Source: Trichoplax adhaerens (Eukaryota > Animalia > Placozoa). Taken from it: 64,000 bases of DNA. Of this stretch, positions 14,901-29,289 are shown one piece after another; the stretch's first letter is position 1, and each line of letters begins with the position of its first letter. The notes below the pieces were generated by a model. The model was given only the letters and a program-made list of their open reading frames with translations. It was not told the origin of the DNA and ran no database searches. The position numbers and the translations under genes were made by a program. The stretch lies in assembly GCF_000150275.1 (NCBI RefSeq), contig NW_002060946.1, positions 2,003,454-2,067,453 of the forward strand, written 5' to 3'.

Positions 14901-15163
14901 GATGAGGGCTCGCATACCCATCAACACACCCTACTTTATGCGAATAAATACACCATAAGTAGAACAGGCATAGATATTGCTTTTATCATGTTATAATCTC
15001 TATGCTATGTATCATAATCCAGTTTTGTTGCCATTAACTTCCAAATTTCACATTGATAATTTGAATTTTACGGTTGGTACTTTGGTCAAATAATTGTAGC
15101 TTACCATTGCTCTATTTTATCTTTATCGAAAACCCGATCGACCCATAGAGAAATCGCCCTCAT
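5902..15163 (-). CDS. IFT122: Intraflagellar transport protein 122 (IFT-A core: WD40, TPR-like and C-terminal Zn-binding regions), multi-exon (about 30 short exons)
   Basis: Exon 1 reads [20 protein letters not shown]. Later exons read [35 protein letters not shown] and [25 protein letters not shown] 6916-7530 contains [15 protein letters not shown] and [11 protein letters not shown]. The last exon ends [23 protein letters not shown] (stop 5902-5904). The introns checked were GT-AG. Confidence 0.97.
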
Positions 15164-15301
15164 CGTGAATTTCAATTTCAATATTTGTCGCTGTTAGATG
15201 GAAGAAGATCTACAGTCGTCTATACAGTAATAACTGACTATCTTTAAACCATTCAAGTACAGTAGTCTATGCTTGCCTATTTTCATTTGCCTGGAGAAAT
15301 G

Positions 15302-15346
15302 GTTGACATGGTAATGGGCTGAAGACTCTTAACAACACGCATGCGT
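15302..15346. promoter_or_regulatory. IFT122 proximal promoter: degenerate X-box (GTTGACATGGTAAT, 15302-15315) and NRF1-like palindrome (ACGCATGCGT, 15337-15346)
   Basis: Both motifs lie 140-185 bp upstream of the IFT122 ATG. IFT genes are established RFX targets in bilaterians. Confidence 0.55.
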
Positions 15347-15476
15347 ACAGCTATTCTACAGCCCTGTTTCTGATAGTAATTGCTGTCGCTTGATTTAATT
15401 TCAAGTCAGTATCAAGAATCGTTTGGTATTGTAATCGACAGTATGATCCTACAGCGAGATTCTGTCCATGATCTGT

Positions 15477-16535
15477 TTACAGTACAGTACACTGTGTACA
15501 ATGTACAGTACACTGTACAGTGTACACTGTACAGCTAGTGGAAAAGGATTGACTGACAGATGTTGTTGTGACAAGGGCTTCTACAGTATACGAGCGTAAG
15601 TACTGTACTGTACAGTGTACAGTACAGTATACTGTACAGTACAATAATTAGTTCGATATGCTGTACTGTACAGTACAGTACTGTACTGTACTGTACAGTA
15701 TACACTGTACTGTATAGTTAATGGTTATACTGTACAATGCTGCCTGAAATTCATTGATAGGGAGCGATTTTCTCGACTTATGGATATTGGTTCGGGGTTT
15801 TTACACTCTGTTTACCATTTTACCATGCTGTATGATTTTCAGTGATCCTAGCTACAGTAATAGAATATGATTACAATGTAGTCCTAGGTACTGTACTGTT
15901 GATTACCTAGTACTAGGCTAGTAGTCCCACCAGCTACTTGTAATCCATGCCGACAGCAAACATAACAAAGATCTGCCGCTATCTTGTCTCTATCTCAGTC
16001 CTATCAGATTGTGCAATGTGCATATGGCGGTGTCTTTCCTTTAGAAGTAACTTAGTCTTCTTCCCTTCTACTGTGCAGAACATGCGGCACGCCACCATGT
16101 CGTCGCACAGTACTCTACAGTGTACAGTACTACAGTACAGTATATCATACAGCCTGTATACAGTAGTACACTGTACTGTAGCTGACTGCTGCAGAAGGAC
16201 CTTGGAACTAGCTGTAAATAAAAATTCAGTACAATATTTACTTACTGTACTGTACTGTATATATACAGTATTCCACGAAATCATTAATCCAGTACAGGAA
16301 TCGACGAAAAAAAGTACTTATCCTGAACTTACTGCTTGTCAGAAAGAAGCAATGATCTATTGAATTCAACGAGAAATCTTCTACAGCTCATCAGCGCTAC
16401 TTTGCTTTACGCTGTGCTATATAGTGCACAGTACATGAATAAAACGCAGTCGTGATCGACAGCCAAAGCTCACTTGTAATTGACTGACGACAGGCACACT
16501 CTCGACGACGACGTCCTGCTGTACAGTACAGTACT
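15477..16535. repeat. Clusters of short palindromic CTGTACAG/TACAGTA motifs in the divergent IFT122-DENND6 intergenic region
   Basis: Dozens of TACAGT/ACTGTA copies, including perfect 22-bp palindromes at 15513-15534 and 15669-15690. Confidence 0.85.
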
Positions 16536-16718
16536 ATTCTCAATTCATATAGAAACGATAGACGATACCGACGCGTCAAGCAAGACTAGTGCGTACCTCA
16601 TTGACGTTGAAGCTCGTATCACGTCAAAGCAAAGCGATTCAGTTACCTTCTATTGCTCTCACTCTCACAGAGAAAAAGCAAAAAAATTTCGAGAAGAGGG
16701 AGAGAGACAAGCAAGGAA

Positions 16719-19700
16719 ATGGCGACTAGTACATCAGAATATCAACATGATGAGCCGTCGTCACCGGCATTAGCTCCTTGGGAGCGATTTTCCCGTTGGC
16801 TGCACTGTGTGTGTATTGTGGTATTTGATTTAGAATTGGGCCAAGCTATTGAGGTAAGAGAATACAGTACAGGGGAAGATTTTGCAACCAGTTACTCTTT
16901 CAATGACATTGCATCGTTGTCATTGTAACACAGTCAAAATTTGGTGGTAATGGCAGCCAGTGAACAGCGAGATTCACTATCTTTCAGTGGCTGTTTCTTT
17001 ATGTATAACGTTAGAATTCAATTAGTTTATCTTGTATTTATAGGATATACAAGTCAGTGCAGTATCTGCAGTTATGTACTACTGTCAATATTCGTGGAAT
17101 ATTAGTCTACTGTTATTTTTTCCAGTTCTTTCTGTGGTTTCATTGGGAAAAATAGTGTAGAATAGCTTCACAGTGAATAGGCAGCTGTGGATTGATGCTC
17201 ATGAATCGATAGAATGCTACTGTATGACAGTATAGTTATTGAAATTGAAGGAACAAGTAATGATTCAAGTCATATCCAGTTTTTCTACGTGTTGGTATAT
17301 CTTTATATCGGATAGTAATACATGAAAACATGCCCAACTGTTCTTCAGTATACAATGATTGAAAAGGAGATAGACTTGAATAATAACGACTGAAATTAGA
17401 ATGATTTCACCTGTTACTATTCCTTCTACGTTTAGGATGTCTATCCGGCTGAAGCAGAACTTTCTACCTCGGAGGTGAGTTTCAAAACATGATGCTAGGA
17501 AAGCATATTGGTTAGCATAGGTTGATTATTCTAATACAATATTGCTAGTTCGTATACCTCGTTAGAATATCTTAAATTTTTCTTGTATTTTGTATATGGG
17601 TAATACTATACGCTAGCTATGTTAAAGTACTAATTTTTGACCACAGGCAATGCTAGCTATAACGATTAATTGACTCATTGGTCCTTGAGTAAGATCATTT
17701 TATACTGTACTTTATGGACGCAGAAATTCTATTTGAGTAAAGCTAAACAAACGCAATATTATTTTTGTACTGTAATAGCGCTATCTTAAAACTCTGTCCA
17801 GCATACAAATGCCGTGCAAACGCTGAAGGCAGACAGCACGATCACTTATTTTCATTTGCAATTTCAAAAGGTCTGCCTTTACTTTTAAAAATGATAATAA
17901 TACAGTATATTTATTTAATGTACCTGCTGGAACCGTGGACGGGTTGATAAGGTCACATCAACACGATACTAACTAGTGGTTTACTTGAGCTATTTACTCT
18001 TTCATCTTGAAATTATACAGTAGATGTCTAGCTGAAGTATCGACTTATGTAGACGATGACAAATCTTAATAATCTACAAAGACCGATTATCCTGTAGTAT
18101 TTTATGTTTTTTAAAAACCGTGTATGTTTATATTCTCAGCATTTCCGATCTCCCTAATATTTTTTGATAGACCTTTTTATGTCTGCAAAGATGCTGATCT
18201 TACTATTGATCCCTACAGACACGTAAATTTCTTTTACTGTCGGAGGTGATATAAATCTATAAATTTATTGTATTGATCTATATATATTCGAATACAGAAC
18301 ACTGGTAAACAATGTTGAAACTATTGAAATGCTCACGTATTCAGTAATCATCATGAAAAGCGAAAAGCATTCATTAGTATCCATTTAAACATTAGATTTT
18401 TTATAGAAAATTTATCATATCATATTTCGACAATGTCTTTAACTGACTGTGAATTTATTCAATTTAGCGTAATGTAGCTGGTTAGGAATATTGTCATAAT
18501 TACGATTGACTTCCATGTGATATTCCCATTCTATATCTTGATATCGACATGAGAGAAAGAGGCTGATTGTGATATCCTAATGTTTTAATTATAGTCAATT
18601 TTGCTGCCACTTTAGTCTTACGAAATTTTAAACAAACTTTAGCTAACGATATTTACCAACTTCATTAGTTAATAAATATCCGTTTAAAATAAATTACATG
18701 GTCAAATATTCGCCAGATCTATCAATGCTCTTACGGTGCTAGTAGATAATACGTTCCATGTTCGCATCTGTAATAGTCAATGTTAGGCAAGAAAGGACTT
18801 TATAACCGTTAATGCTATGCAGATTTCAAGCTGATATCGGAGAGCCGTACAATATATACGCGTAGTTGCTTGACTCACCCCAAGCCTTAAAATACTTTTT
18901 ACTAATCTACTGCGTGTTAAACTTTGAAGAATCATCCTAAAGTTTTACATTTGTTTTTGCAAAACCTTTTCTAGAGTAATGATTAGCTTATCAATGTCTC
19001 CCATCTCAAAACAATAGGTTGCTATTTTATTTTCCTTTTAAAAGTAGCCGGTATTTATGATTCTTAATGAATATGATCTGCTGTAAAGTTTAATAAAGAG
19101 GACCGTACTTTGGCAGATATTATACGATTCTGTCTGCAATTAACAGGAAAAATTTTCTTTTTGAACCATATTTAATGAGATTTTTATGTTGGTCCAAATT
19201 ATTGTCGCGGGCCTCGCTATTAATTGTAAATCCGATCATCTGTATCAATTCCATTGAATTAAATGAAAACGCTATCAATCACGATAACCAGGAATGAAAG
19301 TTATCATACAGAAACTGAACCCTCTTTTCCCTTAGTATTCGCCCTTTTTAGTGGATTACTGTAACTTATTATAGGTCTAATGCAAACATTTGACAGCCAA
19401 CTCCCTCATCAAAGTGGCTGTATGAAATTCATGTTAATATGCTGAATAATAAAATTTAGAATTTATGACACTCTAACATATATTTAGCGATTGTAAAGTT
19501 GAATAAATACCGATGTGCAACTTAATGCTGTGTTTTGAAAGTATGACAGAACAATATTCATATTCTACCCCTGGCAGAACGTTGAATATTCTTGATTACT
19601 TATAAATTTAAGACGATTATTTATTAATTGGTGTATTAAATCTTAAAAAAATTACCTGTTTTCTTTTTAGAAAAGGAATATATGTTACTTGTCCTTCCCT

Positions 19701-22700
19701 GATTCCAATTCTGGTTTGTATACGTGCTGTAGATATATTAGTGTATGTCTGCCATTTATTTACTTTGATAATACTTACTCTTGTCTGCTTAGATTTTTTT
19801 ACCAGTACTGTACTAAAGTTATGGAATTTCTTTAATTTATACCTTATTGATCACTGGTTGATATCTTTATATGCACTTGATTGTTGTCAATAACACATTA
19901 AGATCTTGTAAATATTGATTATTTAGCTGCTATGGGCGATACTCAGTTCCACTTCCGGATAAGAAGTGATCGACGTCTTGAACTTGATAGTTCTGAAGTT
20001 TTAGTTGATCGAGACAGCCCTGCAGTATTAAAGGTATTCATCTGGGAAAAAATTTCGCAATTTTTAGATATTAACTAGCAGGATGCTGATACTGTACGCT
20101 TCATAAGCTATCTATTAGATTATAATTATCGTAATTTAGTTACTGTGTTATTAAATCTTTTCCAAAATATCAATAACAAAATTGTCATCTAGCCTGATAT
20201 TGCCCACTATTACGGATTTGTTTACTTCCGACAAGAGAAAGATTCTACTTCCAAAAGGGGCTACATGCAAAAAGTAATGAAACTGTCTTTGTGTAGCATT
20301 GTATAACGATAAAGATACTCTTATTTTACTACAGTATCAACAATGAATGCCAATGATAGACTTACTTTGAAATTAGTAATACTGTTGAGTCTATGATAGA
20401 ATGCTAATAGACAACTACTATTTAATGAATGAGCCCAATATTGTTAAGCTGGCTAAATCCCTGGCTAAATACTTACAACCTCGCTTCTTTTAAATTCAGA
20501 GGCTACATATAACTAATTAATGGATGTATTCTTGTTAATGGTATTAATTTTTGGTTTTAATTATAGTCTGTGGTTCTACTTTCGAGGTTACCATATGTAA
20601 AATTCTTTTCAGTTATTGTAAGTATGAGTATTACAATTTTCTTATATAAGCACAATTCGTTTATCATAATAATTAATGGGTAAGATGCTATCTTAAATCT
20701 ACGTGTGTAGTAATGATCAAATTTAAAGTTACTCTAGCATTTTATAGAAAATTTGTAAAATTATCATACTCTTATAGAGTAAAACTGTAGCGGAAGGATA
20801 TTTTGAACATGGCATGGTGTCTATCGAATCATCATGTCACGATATTGATCAATGGCGTTTGCCGATACCCGGTCGAACACTTCAGTTACCTATTTCGGGA
20901 AAAGTTTTGCAGGTAATTACAAATGCTGATAAATTTCTGTTGTAATAGTTATTTTATCAATATCAAATCTATACTGTACATCACCAGGCCGATTACTAAT
21001 TAATTAACCCATTCTTACATTTTCTTTGTACTTCAGATCCGAATTCCTTCAAAGAAAGATAAACCTGGGGCTGTTTCATCGCCAGAAGTTTACGGAGTCA
21101 ATCCGCTAGAAATTCCGGTAATGCCTTATAACCGGATAATAGCTAATTATTTCTTCTATTAATAATATTTTGTCGTATATCCATTGCTTGAATATAATCA
21201 TCATTTTTATAATGCTATAGCAAGCAATTCCAGCTGTTACTATAGTTTCATCCGTTCAAGATGTTGACTCGTTCAGGTAAGATTATAGTATAAGCTAATT
21301 AAATGCTTACCGTTAACTTGTATTATTTTATAGTTAAATTAATTTAATTTTGGTACTAATCCTCATTTATCATAAATCTTTACTACTTCAGTTGTTTACA
21401 GCCGGTTCTTCCTCACCTTAACGTTCTTTGGGAATTAGTGTTAGTTGGGGAGGTATGATGATTAAAAAATTTTAATCTATTTTTCGATTGTTAATTCTCC
21501 GCTATTCAATCAAAATTTATTGATCTCTTTGTATTTTAAAGCCTATTGTGGTGATGGCATCGACACCAGATATTTGTGCTACAACTGTGCAAGCCTTAAT
21601 AAAGTATGGATAGTTATTCTTTAAGTCATAAATAAATTAATGATAAAATGAGCCGGTTTTAATTAAGTAAAATGTTCTTTTTATCATTCTAAAGCATGAT
21701 AAAGCCTTTAAAGTACGCTTCAGATTTTCGTCCTTACTTTACCATTCATGATAATGAGTTCAAGGAATATACAACCAAGACTCAAGCACCGTACGTCATT
21801 AGGCTATATACATATTTATTATCTTATGCCATAACATTGTATATACTTTAATATCAACTGAAGTGCGAGTTTTTCTTTTTTTAATCAATTTGAAACATAT
21901 TCCTGTTCCAGTCCGAGCATTATATTAGGTGTCACAAACCCTTATTTCGCCAAGACTCTGCAGCACTGGCCTCACGTATTGGTTGTTGATAGCTGCTCAA
22001 ATCCAGGTTTATAAGAATATCTTCATGGTACAATTGATAAGTGTCCTAATCTGTATCGCATTCTATTCAAGGTTTATCGTCAACTATTAAGCGTACGAAA
22101 AACTTAAAAGGTCTCACGACACTTGATACTACGCCCGGTTAGTACCGTCAAACCCTCGTAGTACCTGTTTCTTTTTAAGAATGATTTATATGATATCTAT
22201 GTATTGTTACAAATATTAGGTTTATACACCAAGTACCTCCCAACCATGAAAGAAGACAAATTTATAATTAGAAGATTATTAAAGGTTCTTTAACAATGAC
22301 TTTTACGGTGGTTTTATACGTAGATAAAGGTTGCGCGACTACACTTTCTCTAATAAAAATTAACTTTTTATAGCAAGTACCACCGGGAACGCGACCGCAA
22401 GAGGCTCAGGTTTGCTCATATTTACATATCTGTCGTAGAAATAATAAATCTAAAAAATAGTAGTAACTATTGCAACTATTTTTTTTACGTCATTCTATCT
22501 CATTCCAACTTGTCATAAACTTATCTCAAACGCATTTACCGTACAATATTTCAGAATGCAATGTTAACAAGACATTTCTTGGAACAAACACAAAGCTTTA
22601 TCATTCCTTTGGTTAGTATTTATCTCGGCTATTGACAAGTCCGAAATCACATCTTTACATTTGCTTAGTATTTACAAAAGGCTAAATTACGATTCTTAGG

Positions 22701-23560
22701 AAAGATATATAACAACGTTAATGCCACTTCAAAAGAATATATCACCATGGAAGGTAAGTGCTTGTAAAAATATAACGATGGTTTACATTATCGTTGTATA
22801 TGAAAATAATGAATGTGTAGAATATAGCAGCTTCCCTCGTAAAATATATATATAAATATCGTCTTTTTTTATGTACGCGTAAAGAGTGCACCAAATCTGA
22901 AACCGTTCGACGTAGAAGAATTTATACGTAGTCTGAATAAGGCTGGGCCACAATTGACATCAGATATAAAAGGAAACTGGCAGACTTTATACAGGTACAA
23001 ATAGTATACGTAGTCAAGTATTGCTAAATTTGACTTCTGAAAGTTTAAGGCATAACAATTGAATCTATTCAAGGAAATTTTTTAAATCACCAAATTTTGA
23101 TGGTTGGCTTCGAAGTCGCCAAGCTGAAATACTTGAAGCTCTTCAGCTAAGGCAAATAGAAATGATGGGAGCTGCGGTAGGACAAGAAAACTCATCGCAA
23201 ATTTAAGATATGTAAAATTTAGATCGATCCAACGATTCATTTGAATTTTCTCCTTTACTTTTGTAATTCTGTAGGATATTACCGCATATATAAAAGGCAA
23301 AGCTGAAGTTGAAATAGTTGATTTAATCCTTCGATTGAAAGATAAACTGGTAAATATTAAGTGCAATGTAGTTAAAATTGTTTCTAAGTATTTCGATCAA
23401 ATTTAGCTTTTACTGACCTGCCCTTATTGAAATATTTCATTTTTAGAAGAACTCCAATGTGTCTATTAGTGAAGTTACTCGACATCGTCTTACTGAGCAT
23501 CTAATTTTTGTAGTCAGTATCCTACCTCCCGATTTACAAGGAATACTTAAAAATATCTAG
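16719..23560 (+). CDS. DENND6: DENN domain-containing protein 6 (FAM116 family, Rab GEF), multi-exon
   Basis: Exon 1 (16719-16853) reads MATSTSEY...[26 protein letters not shown]. Later exons read [75 protein letters not shown] and [11 protein letters not shown]. The gene ends [12 protein letters not shown] (stop 23558-23560). Confidence 0.96.
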
Positions 23561-24548
23561 CAATATGTCAAAATCTATGAAGTATAAAATATAGTCACTT
23601 GTACAGTTGCGATGTAAAAATTGAATGATTTAATGATGTTTTATGATCATAACGTCCTTCGTTGAGTAATAGCGATTCACTTCTGTTATATAGTAATAAC
23701 TGAAACGTTCTGTTATCATTTTATCTACAGCGGTATTAATAAGCGTCAGCTTTCCATAGTGCTGATTGCAATACTTATAGTATTGGCAATATTTAACATG
23801 ACTTTCAGAATATGTAGCCATACAACATCTAGTTTTACCGGCGTGTTGTGAATTGTGATCCAAAAGTTATGGATATGTAATCAAATGTAATATATGTATG
23901 GATAAAATATAAGACTCAGTTTTATTCAAATCTATTGTACCGCCTCTTCCGAGACTTCAGAATTAGCTATAACAGTCAACTCCTTTTCAGCTTTTCGAAT
24001 AGCTAGCACATTAATTGCTTTTATTATAGAAATAGTACATTTTAAACGAATTTATTTCATGTCTGTATACTGAACAATTTCAGTTGAAAATGATGTGAAA
24101 CAATGTAAATTTGCAATGCGATTTTGACTTTATCCTTGAAAATTGTGGGTAAAGTTTTATCGCTAATTCAATAAAAATATAGAAGACGGTTTTTGTATCT
24201 GTTGGTAATTGCAATATAACATTTGTGAGGATCTTGGCAAACAATATGCAGTCGAATGGACATACTTGTTAAATAGCAATAACTTGCAATATAAATCCAC
24301 CTATTACAGCTTAAGATACCTTCAAGTTCAATTTTACATGAATAAGAATTGGTATACATGGCCAAAACCTTTATCTCTGATATAACTGCATTCTCTTGCT
24401 TGAGTTAATTCCAAGGATAAAAAATGCGATGATTTAACAGTAAAGCAAATCGAATTAAAAGTGTCCTTAAGAAAATATTATTTTTTACAAAACCCTTATT
24501 CCTTTGGTAGTAACTCCAGGAAAATTTGCGGCAGACAAATCAACTATT

Positions 24549-27500
24549 TTATTTATGTATCCCACGACGAAGAACATGGTGTCTAGCTTTTCTAGCACCT
24601 CCACCAGTAATATGATATGAAAAATCGGTCGATACATACGGAACATGGCCTGTTATGTTCTACAATGTAAGTATAATGTTATTATTGATAATATAATACA
24701 GTAGAACATTAATTCGTAAAGGTGGATTCATTTCTACTATATAAACTGAATTTTTTAGAGGGTTTACCTTAATAATAATAAACAATGATACAAAACATGT
24801 TTTAAATAAATCATGTGGGTACCACAGGATATTTGCACGACGCGTATCATCAGTAACTAGTCAGCTAGTTAAATCTTACCCCAATTAATGAATATATCGG
24901 TAATTCGACTGATCCTTTAAGAATTACATTTATATCCTTTAAATTGCATTCTTTTAGAGGCGTTAAGATATACAACAGTTTTTGCTTAGCATCAATTGCA
25001 CGTACTATTCCTACAAAAAAAGTGCATTTAAAAGCAACATTACCTATATTATCTAATATAGAATCTGCTTACATAAATGTGATTCCAATGGTAGTTACCT
25101 AGTCCATAAGAAGGTAAAAGTAATTGTCTTCCAATAGACTTTGATAATCCTGGTCTCTCACTCTCCAAAAGCTATAGAAATTAAACAATGGTGGTAAAAG
25201 TAATCTAAAAGTGTTACCTGAACAATTTATATTGTACCTTGGAAGGATCACAGCACGATAACGCAACTACACTTCCATTAATTGCATACATGACTTGATT
25301 GGATGTTACCTAATATCGTAGTATAAGCATTGCACAATATAAAGTGAATTTATCAGAACGATGGTAAAAGTGAAATAATCAACATGCCAGTCAAGATTTA
25401 TTACTTCTTGGTGTATGACATGAACAGCTACCGACGGATATGGCACCAGATACGGCATAATAGTTGACAACGGAGGTACAGGTAGCTTTCTGTTAGGACT
25501 CTCGTACAAGTTGGAAAAGTAAGATAACAGTGACATATCACGGTGATCAGCTGGCCGAAAAGTCGTTCTGTTATGAATTTACAGTAAAGCAAGAATCTGC
25601 GGTTAAGAGATAGTAATCTTTCTTTATTGAGATTGGACAAGCTTACAATTGTTTTTTAGCAGAAGCGTTGTGGACAGCATTTACAATTGTTACAACAAGC
25701 GCCATTTCATCGGTTGAATCAACTGATGGTTTTTCATCATCGCCATCAAGTTGGTCAATAGTTTGTACACTTTTTAATGCTTTAGGAAAAGGTCGTTCTA
25801 CATAATTCATGGCTTTTCTTTTTTGGCCAATTGCAGAAGTAATGAAAGCCATATTATCAATTTCTAAAGCATCACGAGGTGACAGGCTAAGATCTACATT
25901 TCCTTGATCATCTTCTATTAATGCATAAATGACCTATTATGACATGATCAATTTACATATTGAAAATAAAGGCGTTTAATTAATTTCTTAGTATTGACCT
26001 GTTTGAGATTGAGCAATTTCTTCGTCGTCAATATTGCTAGGGCTATGATTTGTTTCATTTGCTGTCATTAATCCGTCTAATAGGTTATCCGTTAAAAGTG
26101 TCGTGGAAGTTAACCATCCTTGACAATGATTTAGAAATTGTTTTGTTAGAATAGGTAGATTACGATTCTTAATAGTGGGAGAATGAAACTGAAGAATTCG
26201 AGTAGGTTGAGTGATGCGGATGATATCTAATAGTAAAGGAATTCCTAGGCCTGTAAAAAAATGACGAGAAACATCAATTAAATTATGCACGTAGAAAAAT
26301 TTTATATTGAGGTAATACTAACCGCGTGGCCAACCGTGAGTATTTATAATTAGAGGAATTAATACATTAGATTCTTGAGAAATTGACATGTATCTTTCAA
26401 ATAATTTAGTGATAGCTTGTGAGTAATTAGTTGGACTATTTCTCGCTGAGGCCTCTCCAATAAAGTAGGATCTAGCAGAAATATAAAGTCAGCAAGTAAA
26501 TTAATGCATTTTCTTCGTTGAATAAATTACTGCTGCTATGAAAAATATTAATTAACAGGTAATTCTTACAAGCTAGGCTGTCGAAGATGCGTAAAGGGTG
26601 GGCCTGTCAATGATTTAATAAAATTTAAAGTAGTATACGATTAAATTCTTTACATCCGTAAAAATGAAAGATAAAATGATATCGAGTATTTTTTCACCTT
26701 ACCTAAAACAGGTTTTGTTACAATATTTAATGCAACAAATCCAGAGGGTGTAAATTCGGTCTGACCAATGTCGCTTTCCATGAATGCAACCTGATTAAAG
26801 CTAAAATGACAGATATACGGCTATTAATACAGTATGACCCGACGGCCATTTAATGAAGGGGTCTTACAACTTGGCTTGCTACTTACCATGTTAATAATGA
26901 ATTTAAGAGATATCTACAGAAAGTAGATTTACCGACATCTTTACCGCCACAAATAAGAATTTTACAATCTGTGGGACGATTATCGCAGGCTTGAATTTTA
27001 AATGAAACAAAGTTAATATTACAGTACTCTGTGTGTTATAAGATTTACAAAGTTTCACCTACCGTTCTGATGTAAATTTAATAAATCATTAGTAATCTTT
27101 TGCCAATCTTCTGGAGTATGATGATATGACAATGGACATTTTCCCTTATCCTATATTGTTGCATAATACTTTAGTTCAGTTTATATTATTACTGTTCATC
27201 ATTTGAATTACTAAGACCATATTTCTATCATAATTATAACTTTGTTATGATATGTGATAAAACAGATGACATAAGAGAATAAAAGGGCTTCTTACCAATA
27301 GCTGAAATCCAAGTGTTTTAGCAATATCATTTGCGAGTTTAAGGTTCTGATCTTGACTTTTTTCGCCAGCTTGATTACTTTGATCATTGCTAATCTATAT
27401 AATTGAACTTCAACATTAGCATTCTATTGCTGTCACTATTTAGAAAATATCACTAGGGCATTACTGTACTTACTTGCGGAATATTAATATCAAGGTTAAA

Positions 27501-28617
27501 GAGATTATTAAATGGAGCAAAACTAGTGACATAATCGCAATGCCAATCATCTAATTGCTTGGCTACGATGACAGTAGAACTATGAAGTATACGTTTTAGG
27601 GTTTTTTTACTGAGAGAACTGTAGTCATTTTCAGACTTTAGGAAAGCAATAACTTTGCTGTTTTCATTCGCTTCGATTTCTCGGCCGTGGCATTCTTTCA
27701 TAACGAGTAGGCTGTTACACATAGGGGAGTAAATCTTGATGAAATCAGGCTCATTCTCATTAACTTTATAGCCGAGGATATCCACCGTTCCTAATAGGAC
27801 CTTTATTTGCAATTTACCAGCTATAACCAATTCCTAATTGAGAGAAATTGATATTAGTGTTGCTTGATATCGTCCTATTTCCTAATAAGATATTGCATGC
27901 TATCCAGTTTGCCTCTACTGATGCTATGACTGTTATTTAATTTTTCGTTATTGAGCCTACAGTACAGATTAAACGTGAACTAACGATACCAGAAATGTAA
28001 TCTACTATATGTGTAAACCGTTACATGGTCACTCTGGTTTTATATACTACTCTTATCTATGGATTGAGCTAGGTGCAACAACTGCTAGGAGATGCGATGG
28101 GAATAAGCAGCATCTAAGAAGAATAGTAGGCAACTTCAAGTGTCCAATAAAGAAGGAAAATGTATTTATCGATTTGCAATAGGGCGATGACTATGCTAGC
28201 GCTGGTGATTAGGAAAGCACTACCTTTTTAAGTGCATGAATAACCTAAGATCAGCCTATTTCAGAATGAGCATGGGCAAGTGTCCAATAGAGGTAGAAAA
28301 TGTATCTACTCATATGGATTTACAATGGCCACGATAATTTTACTAACTGCTGTAATTAGAATTCAACAGTATCTTACGCGTATTGGTGAGTCACTAACCT
28401 GTCTACCTCAGTGTATGCGTATATAGGAACAGTAAACAGTTTCAGGTGTCAAATAAAGGTTGTAAAATAGTGCTAGTTTTACAATAATTACGATAGCAAT
28501 GCAAGCGATAGTCACAAATTGATTCAGTTACCTCAGGATATATTGTACCTATCGACAGAATAACTAACCTGTGATTTATTCAAGAACAGCAAACAGCTTT
28601 GAGTATCCTGGCCAAGC
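24549..28617 (-). CDS. NOL9: Polynucleotide 5'-hydroxyl kinase NOL9/Grc3 (Clp1 family), multi-exon; true 5' end not resolved (lies above 28617)
   Basis: Walker A ILICGGKDVGKSTFCRYLLN (~26900-26970); FMESDIGQTEFTPSG; PPFTHLR; C-terminal RAIDAKQKLLYILTP and VPYVSTDF...GIHK* (stop 24549-24551). N-terminal exons read LGQDTQSCLLFLNKSQ (28617-28569) then ELVIAGKLQIKVLLGTVDILGY. A possible first exon MGKGKRCSQTS at 31525 is unconfirmed. Confidence 0.9.
28135..28530. repeat. Degenerate ~140-165-bp tandem repeat (3 copies) in a NOL9 intron
   Basis: 'gtgtc(c/a)aata(a/g)ag' followed by 'aaaat' recurs at ~28140, ~28280 and ~28446. Confidence 0.55.
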
Positions 28618-29289
28618 CTACAAATTAAACTAAGCAAAAACAGACGAAATCATGATAAGTTTTTGCAGACTGCATGAATGATCTGGAGTATTCAAAGAAT
28701 GAGATAGATCATGCAATCAAGAAGAGGATAGCGGATGTTAAATCTACAATTTCTACAGGTTTAGCTAAGATTAAACAACGATTAGTTGCAATGCTAATTA
28801 ACCTATTACGCATCTTTAGCTCCTTTTTACGGCTATCAAGTGGATAGAGGCAGGGCTTGCGTTAAAACTCATCAGGTTGAGTATTAAAATGGAGAGCGGA
28901 AATCCTTTTGCAAATGCTTAGCTAAGCATCGGTTGATTTGAAGTATTAAGACTGCTACTAGGCAATGGACTATTGCAATACTTGTTTCTCTATTACCTCA
29001 GTGTAGATCATGTTTGCGTTACTTGATAGTGGGTGCATGTAATGCTGTAGTTACTCGCTCGACCGTATTGCCTAACCCTATACAAAACACTATTACCAAG
29101 GTCATGTTTGCGACACCTTTTGCTAGTATCCTTGGCAACGATGCCATCGCTGTACCAGTTACTGTATTGTGTCGTAAACATGGCATTGAGGCCTGGAAAA
29201 TCATAGGATAAAAGTAGGATACCTCGACTTAATGCTGTAGATATTTCTGCTTGCAGCTCTTGCTCCTCGGCTGATATACCGAAGATGGA

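Noticed and set aside
15947-16773. ORFs of 138, 101, 60 and 97 aa in the IFT122-DENND6 intergenic region
   Set aside because: They arise from the stop-poor TACAGT/ACTGTA motifs and promoter sequence (Y/S/T/V/C/Q-biased translations on both strands) and have no recognisable domain.
5902-28617. Non-canonical (AT-AC/U12) introns or intronic snoRNAs in IFT122, DENND6 and NOL9
   Set aside because: The junctions I checked were GT-AG and I saw no convincing C/D or H/ACA box pair; not every intron was checked.
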